This document shows positions 27,910 to 40,990 of a stretch of DNA of 64,000 bases, piece by piece. A program made the translations under genes and the position numbers. Numbering within the stretch: the stretch's first letter is position 1; each line of letters opens with the position of its first letter. The notes under the pieces were generated by a model. The model saw only the letters and a list, made by a program, of their open reading frames with translations, was not told the DNA's origin and did not search any database. The DNA comes from an uncultured Actinomycetes bacterium (GTDB lineage Bacteria; Actinomycetota; UBA4738; HRBIN12), in NCBI GenBank assembly GCA_963722795.1, contig CAVROD010000004.1:203443-267442 (forward strand). The letters are read 5' to 3'.

Positions 27910-29160
27910 GTGATGGCGCAACCGCTCGAGACCGACGTGCTCGTGGTCGGCGGGGGCCCCGGCGGGGCGGCCGCGGCCTACTACCTGGCACGGCAGGGGC
28001 TCGACGTCACGGTCGTCGACCGGTCGTCGTTCCCGAGGGAGAAGGTCTGCGGCGACGGCCTCACGCCGCGCAGCGTGGCGGCGCTGTTGCGCATGGGCAT
28101 CGACACCGACGACCCAGGCTTCGAGCGCGTGCAGGGCCTGCGGGTCTACTCGAGGGGAGCCACGATCGAGCTTCCTTGGCCGGAGCTTTCGAGCTGGCCG
28201 GGGTACGGGCTCGTGATGCCGCGGGCGCGGTTCGACCACCTGCTGATCCAGCGCGCCGAGAAGGCCGGCGCCCGGGTGCAGGAGCGAACCGAGGCGGTCT
28301 CGCCGACGTTCGACGGGGGGTGGGTCACGGGCGCCACCCTGCGCGATGCCGACGACAAGGACGCCGAGCCCACCGAGATCAAGGCGCGCTTCACGATCGC
28401 GGCCGACGGCGCCGCGAGCCGCTTCGCGAAGCCGGCGGGGGTGCGTCGCGACGATTCCCGGCCGCTCGGCATCGCGGCCCGCCGCTACTACCGCACGTCC
28501 TACCACCCCGGACCCTGGTTCGAATCGTGGCTCGACCTGTGGGAGGGCGACCTGCTGCTGCCCGGGTACGGCTGGTTGTTCCCGGTCGCCGGCGGGCAGA
28601 TCAACCTGGGCGCCGGCCTGCTCAACACGTTCAAGGACTTCAAGCAGATCTCGGCCCAGCGGCTGTTCGATGCCTTCTCGACGATGTTGCCGCCCGAGTG
28701 GGAGATCGCCGAGGAGACCGCCGAGGGGCGGGTGCTGTCAGGTCCGCTGCCGATGAGCCTGAATCGCGTGCCCCAGGTCGTGCCGGGCATGCTGCTGATC
28801 GGTGACGCCGCCGGCGCCGTGAACCCGTTCAACGGCGAGGGCATCGCGTACGCGATGGAGACCGGCGAGGTCGCCGCCGATCTCGTGCACGAGGCGCTGG
28901 TGCAGGACCGGCCGGGCATCGCGATGATGTACCCCACCGTGCTGCGCGAGCGCTACGGCGACTACTTCACGATCGGCCGCGGCTTCGCGAAGATCATCGG
29001 GCGTCCGGCGATCATGAGCCGCGCCACCCGGTACCTGTTGCCGAATCGGCGGGTCATGGGGTTCGCGATGCGCGTGATGGCCAACCTCACCGACGGGCCC
29101 GACGGCGACCGCCAGGACCGCCTCTTCCACCTGCTGCAACGGATCGCGAGGGTGGCGTGA
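27910..29160 (+). CDS. geranylgeranyl reductase family FAD-dependent oxidoreductase (MenJ-like menaquinone isoprenyl reductase)
   Basis: FAD motif VLVVGGGPGGAAAAYYLARQGLDVTVVDR, CGDGLTP, and C-terminal GDAAGAVNPFNGEGIAYAM. 416 aa, intact. Confidence 0.85.
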   Translation: MMAQPLETDVLVVGGGPGGAAAAYYLARQGLDVTVVDRSSFPREKVCGDGLTPRSVAALLRMGIDTDDPGFERVQGLRVYSRGATIELPWPELSSWPGYGLVMPRARFDHLLIQRAEKAGARVQERTEAVSPTFDGGWVTGATLRDADDKDAEPTEIKARFTIAADGAASRFAKPAGVRRDDSRPLGIAARRYYRTSYHPGPWFESWLDLWEGDLLLPGYGWLFPVAGGQINLGAGLLNTFKDFKQISAQRLFDAFSTMLPPEWEIAEETAEGRVLSGPLPMSLNRVPQVVPGMLLIGDAAGAVNPFNGEGIAYAMETGEVAADLVHEALVQDRPGIAMMYPTVLRERYGDYFTIGRGFAKIIGRPAIMSRATRYLLPNRRVMGFAMRVMANLTDGPDGDRQDRLFHLLQRIARVA

Positions 29161-29176
29161 CCGCTAGGATTCGCCC

Positions 29177-29650
29177 GTGCTGATCGAGTACCTGCCGATC
29201 GTCGTCATGGCCGCGCTGGCGATCGTGTTCGGTGTGGCCTCGCTGCTCGTGTCGAGGGCGTTCCGCCCCCATCGCCCGAACCCCGTGAAGCTGTCGCCGT
29301 ACGAGTGCGGCAACGACCCGGTACGCCTGCCGCGTGGCGAGAAGTTCAGCGTGAAGTTCTACGTCGTCGCGATGCTGTTCATCATCTTCGACATCGAGAT
29401 CATCTTCTTGTTCCCGTGGGCGGTGCGCTTCCGCCAACTGGGGCTGTTCGGCCTGATCGAGATGGCGTTCTTCATCGGCCTCGTGTTCATCGCCTACGTC
29501 TACATCTGGCGCACGGGCGGGTTCGACTGGGGCGACAGCGTGGCGCCGCCCATCGAGGGCGGGCTGCCTCGGGAAGCTGACGTGATGGCCGAGGCCGACG
29601 CCGACCTCGCGGCCGCGATGCGCGACCCGGAGGCCGCCGGTGCCCGTTGA
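29177..29650 (+). CDS. nuoA: NADH-quinone oxidoreductase subunit A
   Basis: Contains YECG...FSVKFY..A.LF..FD.E..FLFPW, three TM helices. First gene of the 14-gene operon. Confidence 0.9.
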   Translation: MLIEYLPIVVMAALAIVFGVASLLVSRAFRPHRPNPVKLSPYECGNDPVRLPRGEKFSVKFYVVAMLFIIFDIEIIFLFPWAVRFRQLGLFGLIEMAFFIGLVFIAYVYIWRTGGFDWGDSVAPPIEGGLPREADVMAEADADLAAAMRDPEAAGAR

Positions 29651-30158
29651 GCGCATCGAGGGCGTGCACCTCGGCAAGACGCCCGAGGAGATCGAGGACG
29701 AGGTCCGTCGCGGCGTGTTGCTGACCTCGCTCGATCGGGCGGTCGGGTGGGCGCGCAAACAGTCGATGTGGCCGGCGACGTTCGGCCTCGCGTGTTGCGC
29801 GATCGAGATGATGTCGACGGGCGCCGGCAAGTACGACCTGTCGCGCTGGGGCATGGAGCTGTTCCGTGCCTCGCCGCGCCAGGCCGACCTGATGATCGTC
29901 GCGGGGCGGGTCTCGCAGAAGATGGCCCCGGTGCTGCGGCGCATCTACGACCAGATGCCCGAGCCGCGGTGGGTGATCTCCATGGGCGTGTGCGCGAGCG
30001 CCGGCGGCATGTTCACGAACTACGCGATCGTGCAAGGGGTCGACACGATCGTGCCGGTCGACGTGTACGTGCCGGGGTGCCCCCCCAAGCCCGAGATGCT
30101 GATGCACGGCATCTTGAAGCTGCACGAGAAGGTGCGCACGACGGAGCCGTTCAAGTGA
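29640..30158 (+). CDS. nuoB: NADH-quinone oxidoreductase subunit B
   Basis: Contains [18 protein letters not shown] and VPGCPP motifs (N2 cluster ligands). Confidence 0.9.
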   Translation: MPVERIEGVHLGKTPEEIEDEVRRGVLLTSLDRAVGWARKQSMWPATFGLACCAIEMMSTGAGKYDLSRWGMELFRASPRQADLMIVAGRVSQKMAPVLRRIYDQMPEPRWVISMGVCASAGGMFTNYAIVQGVDTIVPVDVYVPGCPPKPEMLMHGILKLHEKVRTTEPFK

Positions 30159-30655
30159 TGCCCGCAGATCTGGCCGAGCGAGTGCGCGAGCGTTGTGCCG
30201 ACGTGGTGGTGGCCCGCGGCGAGGTGACCGCCATCGTCGATCGCGACGAGCTGCTCGACCTGCTCGCGTGGTTGCGTGATGACCCCGGCCTCTCGCTGGG
30301 GTTCTGTGCGAGCCTCACCGCGACCGACTGGCCCGGTTCCGAGCCCCGGTTCTGGATGGCTTACGAGCTGCTGTCGATCGAGCACCATCACCGGTTGCGG
30401 GTGAAGGTCGGCCTCGCGGCATCCGACGCGCGCGTGCCGAGCGTGACGCCGTTGTTCCCCACGGCGAACTGGCACGAGCGCGAGACGCACGACTTCTACG
30501 GCATCGTGTTCGAGGGGCATCCCGATCCACGGCCGCTGCTGCTGCCCGAGGGGTGGGAAGGCCATCCCCTGTTGAAGACCGAGGCGCTCGGCGGCGTGAA
30601 CACCCGCTTCCAGGGGGCATTCATCCCGCCGGTCGACACTCGCACGGCCCCCTGA
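30158..30655 (+). CDS. nuoC: NADH-quinone oxidoreductase subunit C
   Basis: Contains [20 protein letters not shown], the NuoC 30-kDa signature. Confidence 0.9.
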   Translation: MPADLAERVRERCADVVVARGEVTAIVDRDELLDLLAWLRDDPGLSLGFCASLTATDWPGSEPRFWMAYELLSIEHHHRLRVKVGLAASDARVPSVTPLFPTANWHERETHDFYGIVFEGHPDPRPLLLPEGWEGHPLLKTEALGGVNTRFQGAFIPPVDTRTAP

Positions 30656-30660
30656 GGACC

Positions 30661-31948
30661 ATGACCGACGCTCCCACCACGCCGATCACGCCCGACCCGC
30701 CGGCGGTCGATGCCCGCACGGGCGAGATCCGTCAGGAGACGATGATCATCAACATGGGGCCGCAGCACCCCTCGACCCACGGCGTGCTGCGCCTGCTGCT
30801 CGAGCTCGACGGCGAGACGGTCATCAAGTGCACGCCGATCATCGGGTACCTACACACCGGCATCGAGAAGAACACCGAGTACCGCAGCTGGATGCAGGGC
30901 GTCACCTTCGTCACGCGTGCCGACTACCTGTCGCCGTTCTTCAACGAGCTCGGGTACTGCCTGGCGGTCGAGCGACTGCTCGGCGTCGAGGCGCCCCCGC
31001 GCGCCCAGGTCATCAGGGTGTTGATGAACGAGCTGAACCGCATCTCCTCGCACCTCGTGTGGCTCGCCACCGGCGGTCTGGAGCTCGGCGCGGTGAGCGT
31101 GATGCTCTACGGGTTCCGCGAGCGCGAGGTGCTGCTCGACATCTTCGAAGAGGTCACCGGGCTGCGCATGAACCACGCGTACATCCGCATCGGCGGCGTG
31201 ATCATGGACCTGCCCGACGAGGGCGTGCGCAAGATGCGCCGCTTCCTCGAGGACATGCCGGCGCGCATCGACGACTACGAGCGCCTGCTCGACCGCAACC
31301 CGATCTGGCTCGAGCGAAACGTGGGGGTCGGCGTGCTCCCGGCCGCCGACGCGCTGGCGCTCGGCGTGACCGGGCCGGTGCTGCGCGCGGCCGGCGTGCC
31401 CACAGACGTGCGCAAGGATGCCCCCTATTGCGGCTACGAGACCTACGACTTCGACGTGCCCGTGCGCACCGAAGCCGACTCCTACGCGCGGTACCGCCTG
31501 CGCATCGAGGAGATGCGCGAATCGATGAAGATCGTCGCGCCAGTGCCTCGACCGCCTCGACGAGCCCGGTCCGGTGATGATCGAGGACCCCAAGGTTGCG
31601 TGGCCCGCGAAGCTCACCGTGGGGCCCGACGGCATCGGCAACGACCCCGCGTACATCACCCACATCATGGAAGAGTCGATGGAGGCCCTCATCCATCACT
31701 TCAAGATGGTGACCGAGGGCGTCGAGGTGCCGCCGGGCGAGGTCTATCAGCCCGTCGAGTCCCCGCGTGGCGAGCTCGGGTTCTACGTGGTCTCCGACGG
31801 CGAGCACCGTCCGTACCGCGTCAAGATCCGCGACCCTTCGTTCGTGAACCTGCAGGCGATCCCGGCCATGGTCGAGGGCTTCCTCGTGGCCGACGCCATC
31901 GCGGCGATCGCCTCGCTCGACCCGGTGATGGGCGGGGTGGACCGCTGA
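30661..31948 (+). CDS. nuoD: NADH-quinone oxidoreductase subunit D, one frame switch near 31550
   Basis: Contains [20 protein letters not shown] and GYLHTG. The C-terminal part (…[17 protein letters not shown]…[11 protein letters not shown]…) lies in a second frame. Confidence 0.85.
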
Positions 31949-32547
31949 TGGCGATCTTCGAGGGCGACCGTCTCGACGAGGCGCGCGCGATCATCGCGCG
32001 CTATCCCGATGGGCGGCAGCGCTCGGCCGTGATGCCGCTGCTCTACCTCGCGCAATCGGTCGACGGACAGGTGACCCGCGCCGCCCTGCAGGAGGTGGCC
32101 GGGCTCATCGGTGTGCGCACCGCCGAGGTGGAAGCGGTCGCGAGCTTCTACACGATGCTGCGCCTGCGGCCGACCGGCACCCACCTGATCGCGGTCTGCA
32201 CGAACCTCTCGTGCGCGCTGCGCGGTGCGAACGAGGTCTACGAGGCCGCCCACGAGGCGACCGGCATCCCGCACGGCGGCGAGATGAGCGACGACGGTCT
32301 GTTCAGCGTGCACGAAGAGGAATGCCTCGGCGTGTGCGAGCTGGCGCCGGTCGTGCAGGTGAACGTGGCGAACCACGACACCGTGACGCCCGAGCGCGTT
32401 CGCGAGATCGTGGGAGCCCTGCGCGGCGGTGTCGTGCCCGAGCCAGCCCGGGGCCCCGCGGTCGAGAGCTTCAAGGCCGCCTCGCGCATCCTCGCCGGGC
32501 TCGAGCCGCTCGAGGCCGTCACGTCGAGCGAGGGAGCGAGCGCGTGA
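31948..32547 (+). CDS. nuoE: NADH-quinone oxidoreductase subunit E
   Basis: Thioredoxin-like [2Fe-2S] motifs [10 protein letters not shown] and CLGVCELAP. Confidence 0.9.
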   Translation: MAIFEGDRLDEARAIIARYPDGRQRSAVMPLLYLAQSVDGQVTRAALQEVAGLIGVRTAEVEAVASFYTMLRLRPTGTHLIAVCTNLSCALRGANEVYEAAHEATGIPHGGEMSDDGLFSVHEEECLGVCELAPVVQVNVANHDTVTPERVREIVGALRGGVVPEPARGPAVESFKAASRILAGLEPLEAVTSSEGASA

Positions 32548-33902
32548 GCGAGACCCGCCGGGTGCTCACCGCCCACTGGGACGACCCGAGCGTGGTCTCC
32601 CTGCCGGGCTACGAGGCCGCGGGCGGCTACCGCGCCCTGCGCATCGCGCTCGGCATGAGCGCCGACGAGCTGATCCAGCTCGTGAAGGATTCCGGGCTGC
32701 GTGGCCGCGGGGGAGCGGGCTTCCCCACCGGCATGAAGTGGTCGTTCGTGCCCCGCGACACGGGCAAGCCCACCTACGTCACGGTGAACTTCGACGAGTC
32801 GGAGCCCGGCACGTGCAACAACCGGGAGCTCGTGGAGCGCGAGCCGCACGCCCTGATCGAAGGCACCGCGATCGCGGCCCGGGCCATCGATTGCCGCCTC
32901 GCGTTCATCTACGTCCGCGGGGAGTACCTGTGGCAAGGACGGGTGCTGCAGCGCGCGCTCGACGAGGCCTACGAGGCCGGCTACCTCGGCCAGGGCATCA
33001 TGGGCAGCGACGAGGACCTCGACATCGTGCTGCACCGGGGCGCGGGTGCGTACATCTGCGGCGAGGAGACGGCGCTGCTCTCGAGTCTCGAGGGCTACCG
33101 GGGCCAGCCCCGGCTGCGTCCGCCGTTCCCGGCGGTCGAGGGCCTGTACGAGTCGCCGACGGTGATCAACAACGTCGAGACGCTGATGAACGTGCCGCAC
33201 ATCGTGAACAACGGCGCGGACTGGTTCAAGGAGGTCGGCACCGAGAAGGCGCCCGGCACCAAGATGTTCACGATCAGCGGCAAGGTGGAGCGCCCCGGCA
33301 ACTACGAGCTGGCGATGGGCACCCCGATGCGCACCCTGCTCGAGGATCACGCGGGCGGCGTGCTCGGGGGCAAGGCGCTCAAGGCGTGGACGCCGGGCGG
33401 CTCCTCGACCCCGTTCCTCACGGCCGACCACCTCGACGTGGGCCTGGACTTCGAGTCGGTGATGGCTGCGGGGTCCCTGCTCGGCACCGGCGCGATCATG
33501 GTGCTCGACGAGACCGATTGCATGGTGGAGGCCGCCCGTCGCTTGGTCGAGTTCTACGCCCACGAGTCCTGCGGCAAGTGCACCCCGTGCCGCGAGGGCA
33601 CCTGGTGGGCCACCCGCGTGCTCGGCCGCATCGAGGCCGGGTACGGGCGCGAGGACGATCTGCCGCTCATGGCCGACGTGAGCGAGAACATCCTGTTCCG
33701 CGCGTTCTGCGCCCTCGCCGACGGCGCGGTCTCGCCGATCCAATCGACGCTCACCCACTTCATGGACGAGTACGAGGCGCACATCCGCGACGGCCGCTGT
33801 CCGGTCACCGGGATCGGTCCCGGTCGCGGTGCCGAGCCCGAGCAGGAAGCCGTCACGTTCGCGACGACGGGACCCTTCGAGATCCAGGGAGCGAACCCGT
33901 GA
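32544..33902 (+). CDS. nuoF: NADH-quinone oxidoreductase subunit F
   Basis: FMN/NADH site [13 protein letters not shown] and 4Fe-4S motif [12 protein letters not shown]. Confidence 0.9.
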   Translation: MSETRRVLTAHWDDPSVVSLPGYEAAGGYRALRIALGMSADELIQLVKDSGLRGRGGAGFPTGMKWSFVPRDTGKPTYVTVNFDESEPGTCNNRELVEREPHALIEGTAIAARAIDCRLAFIYVRGEYLWQGRVLQRALDEAYEAGYLGQGIMGSDEDLDIVLHRGAGAYICGEETALLSSLEGYRGQPRLRPPFPAVEGLYESPTVINNVETLMNVPHIVNNGADWFKEVGTEKAPGTKMFTISGKVERPGNYELAMGTPMRTLLEDHAGGVLGGKALKAWTPGGSSTPFLTADHLDVGLDFESVMAAGSLLGTGAIMVLDETDCMVEAARRLVEFYAHESCGKCTPCREGTWWATRVLGRIEAGYGREDDLPLMADVSENILFRAFCALADGAVSPIQSTLTHFMDEYEAHIRDGRCPVTGIGPGRGAEPEQEAVTFATTGPFEIQGANP

Positions 33903-36473
33903 CGGGACAGGGACAGGTGGTCACGCTCACGATCGACGGCAAGGAGGTGACCGTGCCCGCCGGCACGCTCATCATCCGCGCCGCCGAGCAGGTCGGCGTC
34001 GAGATCCCACGCTTCTGCGACCACCCGATGCTCGAGCCCGTCGGCGCCTGCCGCCAGTGCTACGTGGAGGTCGAGGGCCAGCGCAAGCTCTTCACCTCGT
34101 GCACGACGACGGTGGCCGAGGGCATGGTGGTGCGCACGCAAGACACGAGCGACGTCGTGCACGGCGCGCAGGTCGCGAACCTCGAGTTCCTGCTGCTGAA
34201 CCATCCGCTCGACTGCCCGATCTGTGACCGCGGCGGGGAATGCCCGCTGCAGGACCAGGCACTCGCCTTCGGGCCGGGGGAGAGCCGCTACCGCGAGGCC
34301 AAGCGCGTGTACCCGAAGCCGCTGCCGCTGTCGCCGCTCGTGAACCTCGACCGCGAGCGATGTGTGCTGTGCGCCCGGTGCACGCGCTTCTGCGACCAGA
34401 TCTCGGGTGACCGGTTCATCGAGCTGTTCGCGCGCGGCGCCGCCGAGCAGGTTTCCATCGCGCCCGGCGAGGACTTCCGCTCGCCCTTCAGCGGCAACAC
34501 GGTGCAGATCTGCCCCGTCGGCGCCCTCACCTCGACCCCGTACCGGTTCGCCGCGCGTCCGTTCGACCTGTCCACGGTCGACACGGTGTGCCCGCACTGC
34601 AGCGCCGGCTGCAACATCAAGCTCGACATGCGCCGGGGCGAGGTCGTGCGCCAGCTCGCGCGCGACAACGTCGACGTGAACGACGCGTGGCTCTGCGACA
34701 AGGGACGCTACGCGTTCCGCTTCCCCGACGCGCCCGATCGCATCGCGACACCGCTGATCCGCGACCACGGGCTCGAGCCGGCGTCGTTCGGGGAGGTGCT
34801 CACGAGGGTCGCGGCGTGGACCGACGGCGCGCGCGTCGCGATGCTCACCGGTGGCCGGCTGATGGACGAGGACTACTTCGCGCTGTCGAAGCTCGCCCGC
34901 ACGGTGTTCCGCACGAACGACCTCGACCACCGGCGAGCGGGCGAGAGCGGAGCCGCCGCCGCGGAGCGTCACGCCGCGGCCAGCCCGATGTCGGTGACCT
35001 ACAAGGACGTGGAACGGGCCGGCGTGATCGTCGTGGTGGGTCTCGACGCCGAACAGGAAGTGCCGATCCTGCACCTGCGCCTGCGCAAGGCCGCCCGGCG
35101 TGGGGCTCGCATCTGGGTGCTGCATCCGCGCAGGACCCGCCTGCACGACGTGGCGACGCACGTGCTGTGCGTGCCGGGCGACGAGGCTCGCTTGCTGGCC
35201 GGGGGGGCCGACCGCACCGTCGACGAGGCGCTCGACGCCCTGCGCGAGGCAGGCGAGCTCGGTGTCGTGCTCGCGGGGGAGCGATCGGGGCGGCCGACGC
35301 CGCGAAGGCTGCCGCCGACGCCGCGGGCGCGCGGTTCCAGTACGTGACGCGCCGGGCCAACGACCGAGGCGCCTTGCTGGCCGGCGTGCACCCGTCGCTG
35401 CTGCCCGGTGGCCGCGAGATGCACGAGGTCGACGAGGTCGAGCGCGCCTGGGGGCCGCTGATGAACCGCGAGCCCGGCCGCGACACGATGGGCATCCTGC
35501 GGGCGTGCGCCGACCGCGAGGTCGACGTGCTGTTCCTGATCGGCATCGACCCGCTGCGCGACCTGCCCGACGGCGACCTCGTGCGATCGGGCCCTCGACA
35601 ACGTGCCCGTGAAGATCGTGCAGGGGCTGGAGCTCGGGTCGCTCGAGCGCTACGCCGACGCGTTCCTGCCCGCGAGCGCCTTCCTCGAGAAGGACGGCCA
35701 CGTCTCCACGTGGGAAGGCCGGGGCCAGCGGCTGCGGGCGATCCGCGGGCGCGACGGCATCAGCCTCGCCGACTGGGAGATCTTCGCGAGCATGGCCCTT
35801 GCCTGCGGCGGCGACCTCGGCTTCGAGTCGCTCGACGAGCTGCACGAGCAGATGGGCCGTGCTGATGGGGGCGCGCGAGGGGAGCGGGCGTGACGAGGCG
35901 GTCGGCGCGCCCGACGCCGACGGTCAGCCCAGCGGCTCGGTCGAGGGGCTCGACGCCCAGCCCGATTGGGAGCGCGAGCGCGGCGCGCACGGCGCGACGG
36001 CCGAGGTGGACCGTGCGCGCGACGACCTCGGGGAGAGCCACAGCGCCGACACCGCCGGGTCGGCGGACGGCGAGGGCCTCGTGCTTTTCACCTATCCCTT
36101 GCTCGTCGACGAGGGGCGCCTGTCCGAGGGGGCCGACGAGCTGAAGGCCGCCCTCGGCGACGACGCCTTCGTCGAGGTGCACCCCCGCGATGCGGCAGCG
36201 GCGGGGCTCGCCGACGGGGTGGTCGCGCTCGTGCGCACCGACGCGGGCGAGGCCGAGCTGCCGGTGCGGGTCACCGAGCATGTCGCGGCTGGCTCCGTCT
36301 TCGTGCCGTTCAACCAGCCGGGACCGGCGATCAACGCGCTGCTCTCCGGGCAGATGGTTGCGCGTGCAACCATCGCTTCGACGGCGAGCGCCGAGGAATC
36401 CGAAGGAACCGAGCCGGCCGACGCCGCATCGGCGGCGGAACCGGCCGCGGCATCGATCGGCGGTGACGCCTGA
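33899..36473 (+). CDS. nuoG: NADH-quinone oxidoreductase subunit G, ~3 frame switches in the C-terminal half
   Basis: N-terminal 2Fe-2S/4Fe-4S motifs (CRQCYVEV, CPICDRGGECPLQD, CVLCARCTRFC, CPVGAL). Frame changes near 35300, 35600 and 35870. Confidence 0.85.
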
Positions 36474-37606
36474 TGGACTGGGTCGATTGGGCGATCCTGG
36501 TGGTGCGGGTGGTGCTCGTGTTCTTCGTGCTGCTGATCGCCGTCATGCTCTACATCTGGATGGAGCGCAAGGTGATCGCCGATATGCAGACGCGTGTCGG
36601 TCCGATGCGCGCCGGTCCTCGCGGTGTGCTGATCACCCTTGCCGACGGCATCAAGCTCTTCTTCAAGGAAGGCATCACGCCGACCGAGGCCGACCGGCCG
36701 GTGTACGCGATCGCCCCGATCCTCGCGATGTTCCCCGGCTTCCTCGCCTTCTGCGTGATCCCGTTCGGCACCGAGGTCACGCTCTTCGGCCGGGTGATCC
36801 CGTTCCAACTCGCCGACCTCAACATCGGCATCCTGTGGATCCTCGCGATGACCTCGCTGGGGGTCTACGGCGTGGTGCTCGCTGGGTGGTCGAGCGGCTC
36901 GAATTACCCGCTGCTCGGCGCCGTGCGCTCGAGCGCCCAGATGATCTCCTACGAGGTGGGCATGGGCCTCGCCCTCGTCGCGGTGCTGATGTACAGCGGC
37001 ACCCTGCGCATGAGCGAGCTCGTGGCCGCGCAGGACACCGTCTGGAACATCGTGCCGCAGTTCCCCGCGTTCCTGGTGTTCCTGATCGGGGCGATCGCTG
37101 AGACGAACCGGCCCCCGTTCGACCTGGCGGAGGCCGAGTCCGAGCTCGTGGCGGGCTTCCACACGGAGTACTCGGGCATCAAGTTCGCGATGTTCTACCT
37201 GGGGGAGTACGTGAGCACGGTGACGGTCGCCGCGGTCGCGGTGACGTTGTTCCTCGGCGGCTGGCGCGGCTACTGGCCCTTCGACGGCGCCGTGGCGTGG
37301 GTCGGCCCCTTCCTGTGGTTCCTGCTCAAGGTGACCGCGGTGATCTACGTGTTGATCCTGGTGCGCGCGACGCTGCCGCGCATGCGCTACGACCGCCTGA
37401 TGAACTTCGGCTGGAAGGTGCTCATCCCGTTCGGGCTGCTCTGGGTGATGATCACCGGCGTCGTTGTCGTGCTGCCGCAGGAGTACGGCAACCGGGGCCG
37501 CTACATCGCCGCCGCCGTCATCGTGGGCGCGGCGGCGATCGCAACGCTCGTCGCTCCGCTGTTCTCGCGCGGCCCGGCGCTCGAGAGCGAGGAGACCCGC
37601 GCATGA
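36473..37606 (+). CDS. nuoH: NADH-quinone oxidoreductase subunit H
   Basis: Contains [26 protein letters not shown] and [26 protein letters not shown]. Intact. Confidence 0.9.
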   Translation: MDWVDWAILVVRVVLVFFVLLIAVMLYIWMERKVIADMQTRVGPMRAGPRGVLITLADGIKLFFKEGITPTEADRPVYAIAPILAMFPGFLAFCVIPFGTEVTLFGRVIPFQLADLNIGILWILAMTSLGVYGVVLAGWSSGSNYPLLGAVRSSAQMISYEVGMGLALVAVLMYSGTLRMSELVAAQDTVWNIVPQFPAFLVFLIGAIAETNRPPFDLAEAESELVAGFHTEYSGIKFAMFYLGEYVSTVTVAAVAVTLFLGGWRGYWPFDGAVAWVGPFLWFLLKVTAVIYVLILVRATLPRMRYDRLMNFGWKVLIPFGLLWVMITGVVVVLPQEYGNRGRYIAAAVIVGAAAIATLVAPLFSRGPALESEETRA

Positions 37607-38181
37607 CCGAAGAGACGAGACCCCAGCCGACCGAGCCCGACGCCGATGGCGACGCCGGCGCCGACGCGGAGATCCGCGAGCCCGTGCACGAGCCGCGGCA
37701 GGGAGAGCAGGGGGGGTGGGACGGTGCGGTCGCGATCGCCAAGGGCATGGCGACGGTCTTCAAGCAGACCTTCCGGCCCGACAACACCGAGCGCTATCCG
37801 ACGGAGATCGCGCCGATCCCCGAACGCTCGCACATCGGCCGCCATCGCCTGAACCGACACGACGACGGCCTCGAGAAGTGCATCGGGTGCGAGCTGTGCG
37901 CCTTCGCCTGCCCGGCCGACGCCATCTGGGTGGAGGGTGCCGACAACGACCCCGAGGCCCCCGTGAGCCCCGGGGAGCGCTACGCGAAGGACTACCAGAT
38001 CAACTACCTGCGCTGCATCATGTGCGGCCTGTGCGTCGAGGCGTGCCCCACCCGCGCGTTGACCCTCACCGACTACTTCGAGCTCGCCTTCACGAGCCGC
38101 GAGGACGCCATCTGGACCAAGGAGCAGCTGCTGCAGAAGCCGCCGGAGCTCGGCACCGACCCGGTGGACCGGGAGGGCTAG
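37603..38181 (+). CDS. nuoI: NADH-quinone oxidoreductase subunit I
   Basis: Two 4Fe-4S motifs [12 protein letters not shown] and [12 protein letters not shown]. Confidence 0.9.
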   Translation: MTEETRPQPTEPDADGDAGADAEIREPVHEPRQGEQGGWDGAVAIAKGMATVFKQTFRPDNTERYPTEIAPIPERSHIGRHRLNRHDDGLEKCIGCELCAFACPADAIWVEGADNDPEAPVSPGERYAKDYQINYLRCIMCGLCVEACPTRALTLTDYFELAFTSREDAIWTKEQLLQKPPELGTDPVDREG

Positions 38182-38187
38182 GGCGCC

Positions 38188-38811
38188 GTGCCGCTCGACA
38201 ACGTCGTGTTCTGGGTCTTCGCGCCGCTCTCCGTGGCCACGGCCATCGGCATGATCGTCGTGCGCAACGCGGTGCACGCGGCGCTGTTCCTCGTCGTGAA
38301 CTTCTTCACGATCGCGGTGATGTACCTGCTGCTCGATGCGCCGTTCCTGTTCGCGGTGCAGATCGTCGTGTACGCAGGCGCGATCATGGTGCTCTTCCTC
38401 TTCGTGATCATGCTGCTCGGGGTCGACCGGGGCGAGGAGCCCTCCGAGCGGCTGTTCGGCCAGCGCACGACCGCCGTCATCCTCGCGGTCGCCGTCGTGG
38501 CCGAGCTCGCGACCGCGATCCGTGCCGGCGTGGGGTTCGCGACGCGGGCTCCAGAGGGCTTCGACACGGTGAACCCCGGGGGGAACCCCGCGGCGCTCGC
38601 CGACGTGCTCTTCCGCGATTACTTCTTCCCGTTCGAGGTCACCTCGGTGCTGCTGATCGTCGCGGCGGTCGCGGCGATGGTGCTGGCGCTGCGTCGCACG
38701 AAGGCCATCACCCAGCGCGAGGTCGCCGCCCACGCCGGCGACGATCTCGGGGCCTATGCGATGGCGCCGCCCGGCGGGCTGCCCCCATCGACCGAGGGAC
38801 CGGCCCGATGA
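38188..38811 (+). CDS. nuoJ: NADH-quinone oxidoreductase subunit J
   Basis: Contains [53 protein letters not shown]. Confidence 0.9.
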   Translation: MPLDNVVFWVFAPLSVATAIGMIVVRNAVHAALFLVVNFFTIAVMYLLLDAPFLFAVQIVVYAGAIMVLFLFVIMLLGVDRGEEPSERLFGQRTTAVILAVAVVAELATAIRAGVGFATRAPEGFDTVNPGGNPAALADVLFRDYFFPFEVTSVLLIVAAVAAMVLALRRTKAITQREVAAHAGDDLGAYAMAPPGGLPPSTEGPAR

Positions 38812-39113
38812 GGACCCCGATCGCCTACTTCCTGCTGTTGTCGGCCGTGTTGTTCGCGCTCGGCTCCGCCTCGGTGCTGCTGCGCCGCAACGCGCTGCGC
38901 ATCTTCATGGGGGTCGAGCTGCAGCTCAACGCCGTGAACCTCACGCTCGTGGCCTTCTCGCGCATGCACATGCAGCTCGATGGACAGATCCTGGCGTTCT
39001 TCTCGATGGTCGTGGCCGCGGCTGAGGTGGTGGTCGGGCTCGCCATCATCGTCGCGGTGTTCCGGCGCACGGCTACGACCGACGTCGACCGAGCGAGCGT
39101 GCTGCGCGGATGA
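38808..39113 (+). CDS. nuoK: NADH-quinone oxidoreductase subunit K
   Basis: Contains [26 protein letters not shown]...[17 protein letters not shown]. Confidence 0.9.
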   Translation: MRTPIAYFLLLSAVLFALGSASVLLRRNALRIFMGVELQLNAVNLTLVAFSRMHMQLDGQILAFFSMVVAAAEVVVGLAIIVAVFRRTATTDVDRASVLRG

Positions 39114-40990
39114 TCGATCTCATCGGCCTCGCGATCGTGATCCCGCTCGGCGCGGCGGCCGTGAACATGCTGTTCGGGTCTCGGTTCGCGCGACGGTCGG
39201 GGTGGTTGGCAACCACCGCCCTCACGGCGTCGTTCGCGATCGCGCTGGGCGCCCTGCTCGAGATGCTGTCGCTGCCCGCGGAGGAGCGCACGCAGGTCGT
39301 CACGGTCGTGGAGTGGATCCGTGCCGGCGCCGCCACGGTGTCGCTCGACCTGCGGGTCGACCCCTTGTCGATCACGATGGCGATGGTCGTGACGGGCATC
39401 GGTTCGCTCATCCATCTATACGCGATCGGCTACATGGAGCACGACCCGCGGCCGTGGCGCTTCTTCGGCTACACGAACCTGTTCTGCGCGTTCATGCTCG
39501 CGCTCGTGCTCGCGAACGACTTCCTGCTGCTCTACCTCGGGTGGGAAGGCGTGGGCCTGTGCTCGTACCTGTTGATCGGGTTCTGGTCCGACCGGCCCGA
39601 GGCGGCCCGGGCGGCGAAGAAGGCGTTCATCACGACCCGGGTCGGCGACGTGCTGCTGATGCTGGGGCTGTTCGTGATGTTCATGCACTTCGGCTCGTTC
39701 GACTTCGACACGGTGCTCGGGCACGAGGGCTCGCTGCCCGAGATCGCCGCCGGCACCGCGACCGCGATCTCGTTGCTGCTGCTCGGCGGCGCGGTGGGCA
39801 AGTCGGCGCAGCTGCCCCTGCACGTCTGGCTGCCCGACGCCATGGCGGGCCCGACCCCCGTCTCGGCGCTGATCCACGCGGCCACGATGGTGACCGCCGG
39901 CGTGTACCTCGTGGTGCGCTCCCACGTGCTCTTCGAGATCTCCGATGTGGCACTCACCGTCGTCGCCGTGGTGGGGCTCGCGAGCGCGCTGTACGCCGGG
40001 TTCGCCTCGCTCGGGCAGTACGACATGAAGCGAGCGCTCGCGTACTCGACGATGTCGCAGCTCGGCTTCATGTTCCTGGCGGCCGGCCTCGGCTACTTCG
40101 CGGTCGCGATCTCGTTGCTCGTGGCGCACGCGTTCTACAAGGCGTTGCTGTTCCTCACGTCGGGCAACGTGATGCACGGGCTGCACGACGAGATCGACGT
40201 GCGTCGCCTCGGCGGGCTGCGCCTCGACATGCCGTGGACCGCGGCCCTGTTCGCTGCCGGGGCGCTCGCGCTCTCGGGGTTGCCGCCGTTCAGCGGCTTC
40301 TTCACGAAGGACGCGATCCTCGAGCTCGCGAGCCACGACGGGAAGACGTGGGCCTACCTGCTCGGCTCGCTCGGCGCCCTCGTGTCCGCCTGGTACATCA
40401 CGCGCCTGTACGTCGCGGCGTTCGCCGGCGAGCGGCGGTACGAGGGCCACGCGCACGAGGCGTCGCCGTTGATGCGCGCCCCGCTCGTCGTGCTCGCGAT
40501 CGGAGGGCTGTTCGTCGGTGCCTGGCTGGCGTTCACCCCGGAAGGAAGGCTCGCGACGTTCCTCGAGCCGGTGGTCGGTCACCTCAGCGAGGGCGAGGCG
40601 GGACCCTCGACCGCGACGCTGATCGCGGTCTCGGTCGTGGTGACCCTCGCCGGCATCGGCGTGGCCTGGCTCTTGTACCGCCCCCGCAACGCGGAACGGT
40701 GGATCTCCTTCCCCGAGCGCGAGCCCGCGATGGCCGGCGCGCTCGGGCATGCCTTCTACATCGACGATCTGTACGCCTGGGTCGTCGGCACCGTGGGCCT
40801 CCGGGGCGCGGCGGCCCTCGCGTGGTTCGATCGTGTGGTCATCGACGGTGCGGTCAACGGCGCGGGCCGCCTGGCCGTCATGGCCTCGGGTCTCGCGCCC
40901 ATCTGGCAGTCGGGCAAGGTGCGCCGCTACGCCCTGTCGTTCATGGCGGGCGGGGCGGCGCTGCTCTTCTACGCGGCGGCGAGGGTCTGA
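39110..40990 (+). CDS. nuoL: NADH-quinone oxidoreductase subunit L
   Basis: Antiporter-like, 626 aa, with [28 protein letters not shown]. Confidence 0.9.
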   Translation: MIDLIGLAIVIPLGAAAVNMLFGSRFARRSGWLATTALTASFAIALGALLEMLSLPAEERTQVVTVVEWIRAGAATVSLDLRVDPLSITMAMVVTGIGSLIHLYAIGYMEHDPRPWRFFGYTNLFCAFMLALVLANDFLLLYLGWEGVGLCSYLLIGFWSDRPEAARAAKKAFITTRVGDVLLMLGLFVMFMHFGSFDFDTVLGHEGSLPEIAAGTATAISLLLLGGAVGKSAQLPLHVWLPDAMAGPTPVSALIHAATMVTAGVYLVVRSHVLFEISDVALTVVAVVGLASALYAGFASLGQYDMKRALAYSTMSQLGFMFLAAGLGYFAVAISLLVAHAFYKALLFLTSGNVMHGLHDEIDVRRLGGLRLDMPWTAALFAAGALALSGLPPFSGFFTKDAILELASHDGKTWAYLLGSLGALVSAWYITRLYVAAFAGERRYEGHAHEASPLMRAPLVVLAIGGLFVGAWLAFTPEGRLATFLEPVVGHLSEGEAGPSTATLIAVSVVVTLAGIGVAWLLYRPRNAERWISFPEREPAMAGALGHAFYIDDLYAWVVGTVGLRGAAALAWFDRVVIDGAVNGAGRLAVMASGLAPIWQSGKVRRYALSFMAGGAALLFYAAARV

